Source: a candidate division WOR-3 bacterium
Lineage (GTDB): Bacteria; Hydrothermota; Hydrothermia; LBFQ01
Direction of reading: 5' to 3'
DNA length: 64,000 nt
Assembly (NCBI GenBank): GCA_039802605.1
Contig: JBDRWW010000001.1
Coordinates: 192,001-256,000 of the forward strand
Position numbers and translations under genes: made by a program. This document shows positions 58,886 through 64,000 of this stretch, in pieces (position 1 is the stretch's first letter; each line of letters opens with the position of its first letter). Under the pieces are notes generated by a model. It had not been told where the DNA came from. It saw nothing but the letters and a program-made list of their open reading frames with translations, and ran no database searches.

Positions 58886-61381
58886 ATGTTTCCCTTGCCC
58901 CCTTTTTTGGAGTTTTTTACATACGAGAGCTCCCACTTTCACATACATTATCATAAAGGGGTTGAAGATGTCGTTATAACCGTTTCGGAAATAGCGGACA
59001 GCATATACGAGGAGTATGTTAAGGTTTTTGGATACCATCCAGGGAAGATAAACCTTGTGGTTCTAGACGCCTACGATTTTTCAAACGGTTTTTCCACACC
59101 CATTTATGAAAACACTATTTACATTTTCCTCCAAAACCCATTTGCGGATTTTTACTTTGGATTTGGTTCAATGAAAAGCTGGTTGGAACTCCTTATATCT
59201 CATGAATTGGTTCATATATTTCACCTTGATTATCCGCATACATTTTTGGATTTTCCGGTTGCAGGCATTGTTAGGAAAACCTTTGGTAGGGTTCCATCAA
59301 TATTCGCATTTCCAAACATCTTTGACCCCGGTTGGCAAATAGAGGGTTTGGCGGTTTATTTTGAATCAAAAGGCGGATATGGCAGGTTAAACTCCGGCCA
59401 GTACAAAAACCTATTATTGGCTTATGTTTCGGGTAATAGGTTTTCCCCAGATATTATGTCAAGCAACCCATCCGTATGGCAGGAGGGTTTAATCCCGTAT
59501 CTATGGGGCGGCTTTTTCACAAAATATTTGGCTGAGAAATATGGTGAAGATTACATAATTGACAGGTTCGTTAAATCCTCTTATTTTGAAGACCCGTCTT
59601 GTGTTTTAACACTCGGATTTTTCCCGGGAAGTTGGATTTTAAAAGATTATGAGGATTTTAAAAGTTGGAGGGAGGGGCTTATAAAAGAGGCGATGGAATT
59701 TAAAATGCCGGATAGTCTAATAACGGATTACGGATACTTAAAACTTTCACCTACACTATCCCCATCAAGCAAATACTTGGCTTTTATTGAAAACACAACA
59801 TACGATTACCCTTCAATTGTGATAATTGACATAGGGAACGGAAAGGAAATAAACCGCTTAAAGGGTTTGGTCTTACCCAATTTGTCCTTTGAAGGGGATA
59901 GCGTCATTTACTTTGCCATGTACGAAAATCACAAAAACTTTTTCGTATTTTCGGATATTTATTCTTGGAATTTTATAACGGGGAAAACCAAAAGGATAAC
60001 AATGGGTGAAAGGGCCTTTTCACCGTATAAATACGGGGATACGCTCTTTTATGTAAGAAGGGTTGGGTTAAAGCAGGAGATAGTTATGAGGGTTGGGGAT
60101 AAAGGGGAAGTTTTACACACCGGAAAAGTTTATCAGGGATTTAATAACCTCCAATACTTTAACGGGAAATTGTTTCTCAGCATCAACGACGATGGGAAAT
60201 ACGATATAGGGTATTTTGACTTTGAAGATGGGGAAATTAAGAGGATTACAAACGATGAAGCCGTTGATATTTTTTCTTATGCGGATAGTTCGGGGGTTTA
60301 TTTTTCAAGGGATGAGGGGAAAGGTTATGAGGTTTTCGTTTATAAAAACGGTAAATTTTTTAAGGCTAACAAAAGGTTCTTTTCGGTTATGTATCCCAAG
60401 CCTTTTAAAGGGAAAGTATTGGGTTCTTATTTGACGCCAAAGGGTTATGATGTGGGAATTTCCGCCGTTGATTTTGAAATGGCGGAAGTCCCCATTTTAT
60501 ATAAACAAAAGGAGGAATTGCCCCTTTATGGCTTAAAGCCCGTTTCAAAACCTTACAACCCCCTAAAACACACGATTCCGAAGTATTGGTTACCCTCAAC
60601 ATTTGCCGTTTTGTACGATACCTTAATCATATTTGAATCCGCGGTTGAAACATCTGGTGGCGATGTTTTGTTTAGGCACAATTACGCATATTCTTTAAAC
60701 CTCTTTTCAAGGATAAGCCCTTCCGATACATTTCTGATGTTTTCTCAAAACCTCTCATATATATTTACCGGTTCTTATCCCTTTTTCTCCGCCAATATAA
60801 AATTGGCATACGATACCATTCCCCGCTTTGAAGTGTACCCGTCCTTTGATTTTCCCGTTTTTAAAACGAGGAGCTTGAAGGGGTTTTCAATAGTTTCAGG
60901 GTTTTCAAGGGATTTTTGGAAGTTGGGGGTTTCCGCTTATTATTCCTCGGCGTTTTCATACAAAAAAAGCGGGATTTTGGCCGAGGGCTTTACGGTTTAT
61001 ACGGAAGCGTTATACGGAAATTATGGAAAAGAGTTTTATGTAGGTGGAAGACTCGCTTTACCTCTGTGGAACATCCTCTTAAACTTTAAGGGCTTTGCCT
61101 ATAAAGGTTTGTTCGACACCTTGGGTTACTTTGTCCTATTGCTACCAAACATTTTTAAACCCAATTTTCCGGATATAAACATAGGGTTGATACCACCACC
61201 TTATTACCATTTTTCGCCTTTATTGTTCCTTTCAAGGATATACCCATCCGCCTTTTACGATGGGGATTTTGGATTTTTGCTCTTTGGAGATTTTGTAGTT
61301 TTGGGAAATACACCCATAACTTTTGGAGTCGGATATTCAATGTACCCGAATAGGGGTTTAAGGCTTGTAATTCGGCCATGA
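58886..61381 (+). CDS. Envelope protein: zincin-like domain (HELVH), TolB-like propeller and C-terminal beta-barrel-like region
   Basis: HELVH...W..EGLAVYFES, SPTLSPSS-type repeats, beta-rich aromatic C-terminus. Confidence 0.65.
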   Translation: MFPLPPFLEFFTYESSHFHIHYHKGVEDVVITVSEIADSIYEEYVKVFGYHPGKINLVVLDAYDFSNGFSTPIYENTIYIFLQNPFADFYFGFGSMKSWLELLISHELVHIFHLDYPHTFLDFPVAGIVRKTFGRVPSIFAFPNIFDPGWQIEGLAVYFESKGGYGRLNSGQYKNLLLAYVSGNRFSPDIMSSNPSVWQEGLIPYLWGGFFTKYLAEKYGEDYIIDRFVKSSYFEDPSCVLTLGFFPGSWILKDYEDFKSWREGLIKEAMEFKMPDSLITDYGYLKLSPTLSPSSKYLAFIENTTYDYPSIVIIDIGNGKEINRLKGLVLPNLSFEGDSVIYFAMYENHKNFFVFSDIYSWNFITGKTKRITMGERAFSPYKYGDTLFYVRRVGLKQEIVMRVGDKGEVLHTGKVYQGFNNLQYFNGKLFLSINDDGKYDIGYFDFEDGEIKRITNDEAVDIFSYADSSGVYFSRDEGKGYEVFVYKNGKFFKANKRFFSVMYPKPFKGKVLGSYLTPKGYDVGISAVDFEMAEVPILYKQKEELPLYGLKPVSKPYNPLKHTIPKYWLPSTFAVLYDTLIIFESAVETSGGDVLFRHNYAYSLNLFSRISPSDTFLMFSQNLSYIFTGSYPFFSANIKLAYDTIPRFEVYPSFDFPVFKTRSLKGFSIVSGFSRDFWKLGVSAYYSSAFSYKKSGILAEGFTVYTEALYGNYGKEFYVGGRLALPLWNILLNFKGFAYKGLFDTLGYFVLLLPNIFKPNFPDINIGLIPPPYYHFSPLLFLSRIYPSAFYDGDFGFLLFGDFVVLGNTPITFGVGYSMYPNRGLRLVIRP

Positions 61382-61421
61382 GGGTTGTTATTAAACAAAA
61401 CGCCCTTATAATACCCACCTC

Positions 61422-61493
61422 GGCCCCATCGTCTAAGGGCTAGGACGCCACTCTTTCAAGGTGGAAGTGGGGGTTCGAGTCCCCCTGGGGCCG
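61422..61493 (+). tRNA. tRNA-Glu (TTC), CCA not encoded
   Basis: GGCCCCA/TGGGGCC acceptor stem, anticodon loop CTTTCAA, GGTTCGAGTCC T-arm. Confidence 0.95.
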
Positions 61494-62828
61494 TTGCCCT
61501 TATTAAGGTATTCAACCCCGGAGCTTTTATCTCTTTGGTCGGAATCAAACAAGTTTAGAACATGGGCAAGGGTTGAGTGGGCGGTTTCGAAATCCCAAGA
61601 AGAGCTAGGAGTTATACCGAAAAAAGGCCTTTCCGAAAGGCTCCAAAAACTAATAGAGGATGACAAATTCTGGGAAGATGTTCCAAAGAAGGTTGAGGAG
61701 GTTGAAAGGGAATACGACCACGATGTTTTGGCGTTTTTAGCGGTAATTGAAAGGGAGTTGGGTGAGGCCGGAAATTTTTTACATTTCGGTTTAACATCCT
61801 CGGATGTCGTTGATACCGCAAACTCAATTCTATTTAGGGATGCCCTTAAACACATACTTACATCTTTGGAAGAACTTTCACAGGAGTTGTTAAAAAAGGC
61901 GGAAAAATACAAGTATTCCCCGGTAATGGGTAGAACGCACGGAGTATTCGCTCAACCAACAACATTTGGGTTAAAATTCCTAAGCTTCTATTCCGAATCC
62001 CTGCGCAACATTGAAAGGTTAAAAGAGGCAATTGATGAAATATCCTATGGGAAGATTTCCGGAGCCGTTGGTAATTATATCACAATAACCCCAGAGGTTG
62101 AGGAAAGGGCTTTGAGATATCTCGGATTAAAGGTTGAACCCGTATCAACCCAGATAATCCCAAGGGATAGGTACGCGTATGTTTTAAACGTTTTAACCCT
62201 TATAGGGGCCTTTTTGGAGAGGCTTGCGCTTGAAATAAGGCTTTCTTCAAGGACGGAGGTGGGGGAAATTCTTGAACCTTTTGGGAAACAGCAGAGGGGT
62301 TCATCCGCAATGCCGCATAAGAGGAATCCGATAAAAAGCGAAAGGCTAACGGGTATAGCGAGGCTTTTGAGGGGGTGGGCTTTGGCGGAGAACGAAAGCG
62401 TTGCGCTATGGCACGAAAGGGATATAAGTCATTCATCCGTTGAAAGGTTTGTCCTCCCGGATGCCACAACCACATTACATTACGCCTTAAAACTCGCAAA
62501 AAGAATTGTTGAAGGCTTATATATTGATACCCAAAGGGCAGAAGGGAACATAACAAAATTTGGGGATTTCTATTTATCTTCAATTCTCTTAATGCTTTTG
62601 GTTGAAAAGGGGGTTTCAAGGGACGAATGTTATGCTTGGGTTAAAGAGGTTTCGCAAAGGGCATTTGAAAACCAAAGCGGCATAATTGAAGAATCCTTAA
62701 AACACCCAAAGATAAGATCCCTAATAAGCGAAGATGAGTTGAGAAAACGCTTAAAAATTGATTTTACATCGTATGTTGATACGATTTTTGAAAGGGTTAA
62801 AGGTTTAAATAAAACCGGCATAGAATAA
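61494..62828 (+). CDS. purB: Adenylosuccinate lyase
   Basis: RY near the N-terminus, HFGLTSSD, GRTHG and SSAMPHKRNP motifs. TTG 61494 is the first in-frame start outside the tRNA. Confidence 0.95.
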   Translation: MPLLRYSTPELLSLWSESNKFRTWARVEWAVSKSQEELGVIPKKGLSERLQKLIEDDKFWEDVPKKVEEVEREYDHDVLAFLAVIERELGEAGNFLHFGLTSSDVVDTANSILFRDALKHILTSLEELSQELLKKAEKYKYSPVMGRTHGVFAQPTTFGLKFLSFYSESLRNIERLKEAIDEISYGKISGAVGNYITITPEVEERALRYLGLKVEPVSTQIIPRDRYAYVLNVLTLIGAFLERLALEIRLSSRTEVGEILEPFGKQQRGSSAMPHKRNPIKSERLTGIARLLRGWALAENESVALWHERDISHSSVERFVLPDATTTLHYALKLAKRIVEGLYIDTQRAEGNITKFGDFYLSSILLMLLVEKGVSRDECYAWVKEVSQRAFENQSGIIEESLKHPKIRSLISEDELRKRLKIDFTSYVDTIFERVKGLNKTGIE

Positions 62829-62834
62829 ACAATA

Positions 62835-64000
62835 ATGATTTTGGAAAATATCAAATTGCCGGAAGGTTTAAGGGGTTTGAATTACAAGGAATTGGAAGCC
62901 CTTGCAGAGGAGATAAGGGAACTCATAATAACCGTAACATCCGAAAACGGCGGACATGTTGGGCCCAATCTCGGGGTAGTGGAATTAACCATTTCATTGC
63001 TAAGGAATTTCAATCCACCAAAGGATAAGATTATTTGGGATGTTTCACACCAGACATATGTTTATAAAATCTTAACCGACAGGCTTGAAAGGTTCCATAC
63101 ATTAAGGAAATTCGGGGGAATATCCGGTTTTGCCAACATATTTGAAAGCCCCTATGATGCTTGGGGTGCCGGGCATGCGGGAACCGCCCTCTCCGCGGCG
63201 TTGGGGTTTGCAAAGGCTAGGGATCACACCGGCGAGGATTATTATGTGGTTTGTGTAATAGGGGATGCAACATTAACCGTGGGTATGACGCTTGAAGCCA
63301 TGAACAATGCCGGTTCCTTAGGTGTTGATATCATAACCATACTAAACGATAACGGTTGGTCAATTGACAAAAATGTGGGAATAATAGCGCAAATGCTATC
63401 AAAGGTTCAGGTAAACCCCGTTTATAATACCTTGCGGGAAAAGATATATAGGTTGCTTCCGAAAAAGGGGAAATATTGGGGTGGGAAATTAGAAGATGTT
63501 ATAAAAACAATTGTCCAAGACCCGGCCGCCTTGTTTGAGTTCTTTGGTTTCAGGTATATAGGTCCAATTGACGGGCATAATTTAAGATTGCTTGACGATG
63601 TTATAGGGAATGCGAAGGGTTTAAAGGGGCCCATCCTTATACATGTAATAACCGAAAAGGGTAGGGGTTTTAAGCCGGCCTTAGCCGACCCGGAAACCTT
63701 CCACGGCCTTGGCCCTTATGACAAAATAGACGGGAAGTCTAAGAAGAGTGGCGATCTACCCACATACTCTTCCGTATTTGGAAACACCGTACTTGAAATA
63801 GCCCGTATGGACCCCAAGGTGGTGGGTATAACCGCCGCGATGCCTAAGGGGACGGGGCTTGATAAGTTAAGGGACAATTTAAAATCGCAATATTACGATG
63901 TTGGTATAGCGGAACAGCATGCCGTAACATTTGCGGCGGGACTGGCAAGGGCTGGTGTTAAACCTTTTGTCGCAATATACTCAACATTCTTACAGAGGGC
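62835..64000 (+). CDS. dxs: 1-deoxy-D-xylulose-5-phosphate synthase (3' truncated by window edge)
   Basis: Translated by hand: MILENIKLP...GGHVGPNLGVVEL...WDVSHQ...GPIDGH...ITAAM...DVGIAEQHAV...YSTFLQR. Confidence 0.95.
   Translation, partial: MILENIKLPEGLRGLNYKELEALAEEIRELIITVTSENGGHVGPNLGVVELTISLLRNFNPPKDKIIWDVSHQTYVYKILTDRLERFHTLRKFGGISGFANIFESPYDAWGAGHAGTALSAALGFAKARDHTGEDYYVVCVIGDATLTVGMTLEAMNNAGSLGVDIITILNDNGWSIDKNVGIIAQMLSKVQVNPVYNTLREKIYRLLPKKGKYWGGKLEDVIKTIVQDPAALFEFFGFRYIGPIDGHNLRLLDDVIGNAKGLKGPILIHVITEKGRGFKPALADPETFHGLGPYDKIDGKSKKSGDLPTYSSVFGNTVLEIARMDPKVVGITAAMPKGTGLDKLRDNLKSQYYDVGIAEQHAVTFAAGLARAGVKPFVAIYSTFLQR

Noticed and set aside
61461..61493. ORF-track purB start at GTG 61461
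   Set aside because: It is inside tRNA-Glu; TTG 61494 fits the PurB N-terminus.
1..64000. CRISPR arrays, IS elements, integrases, prophage, rRNA, riboswitches
   Set aside because: None seen by eye. The tRNAs are not flanked by integrases, and the intergenic regions upstream of thiE and ribD leave no room for riboswitches.

Overview
Gene-dense 64-kb window from a Gram-negative, probably thermophilic bacterium (ba3-type oxidase, TrmI, heavy AGG-Arg usage). T9SS-like C-terminal domains suggest an FCB-related lineage such as candidate division WOR-3; the taxonomy is inference only. It holds about 60 CDS (acs, folP, trmI, thiE, fused 2-oxoacid dehydrogenase E1, menA, nfi, uppP, slyD, sufS, lepB, rpsL-rpsG, cbaDBA, lysC, ribD, purB, partial dxs and others), three CCA-less tRNAs (Ser-GCT, Arg-CCT, Glu-TTC) and a decayed moaA-moaC-tauE cluster. 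I saw no CRISPR array, rRNA or mobile element. Main observations: (1) exported proteins are strongly enriched in the Bacteroidota-type O-glycosylation sequon D-[S/T]-[AILVMT], next to a DUF2723/TMEM260-like GT-C gene cluster; (2) six T9SS-like cargo proteins and a broken PorV-TPR gene, three cargoes sharing a Cys-x1-2-L-[GA]-x-D-[DG]-x-[LV]-x-V-x-E linker motif; (3) about 30 genes have a TANNAT -10 box 6-10 nt before the start codon and no Shine-Dalgarno, implying leaderless expression; (4) each tRNA heads a protein-coding unit, and the purB start codon directly abuts the tRNA-Glu discriminator base; (5) several envelope proteins have ultra-short or missing signal peptides. Counts were made by eye and no database searches were run.
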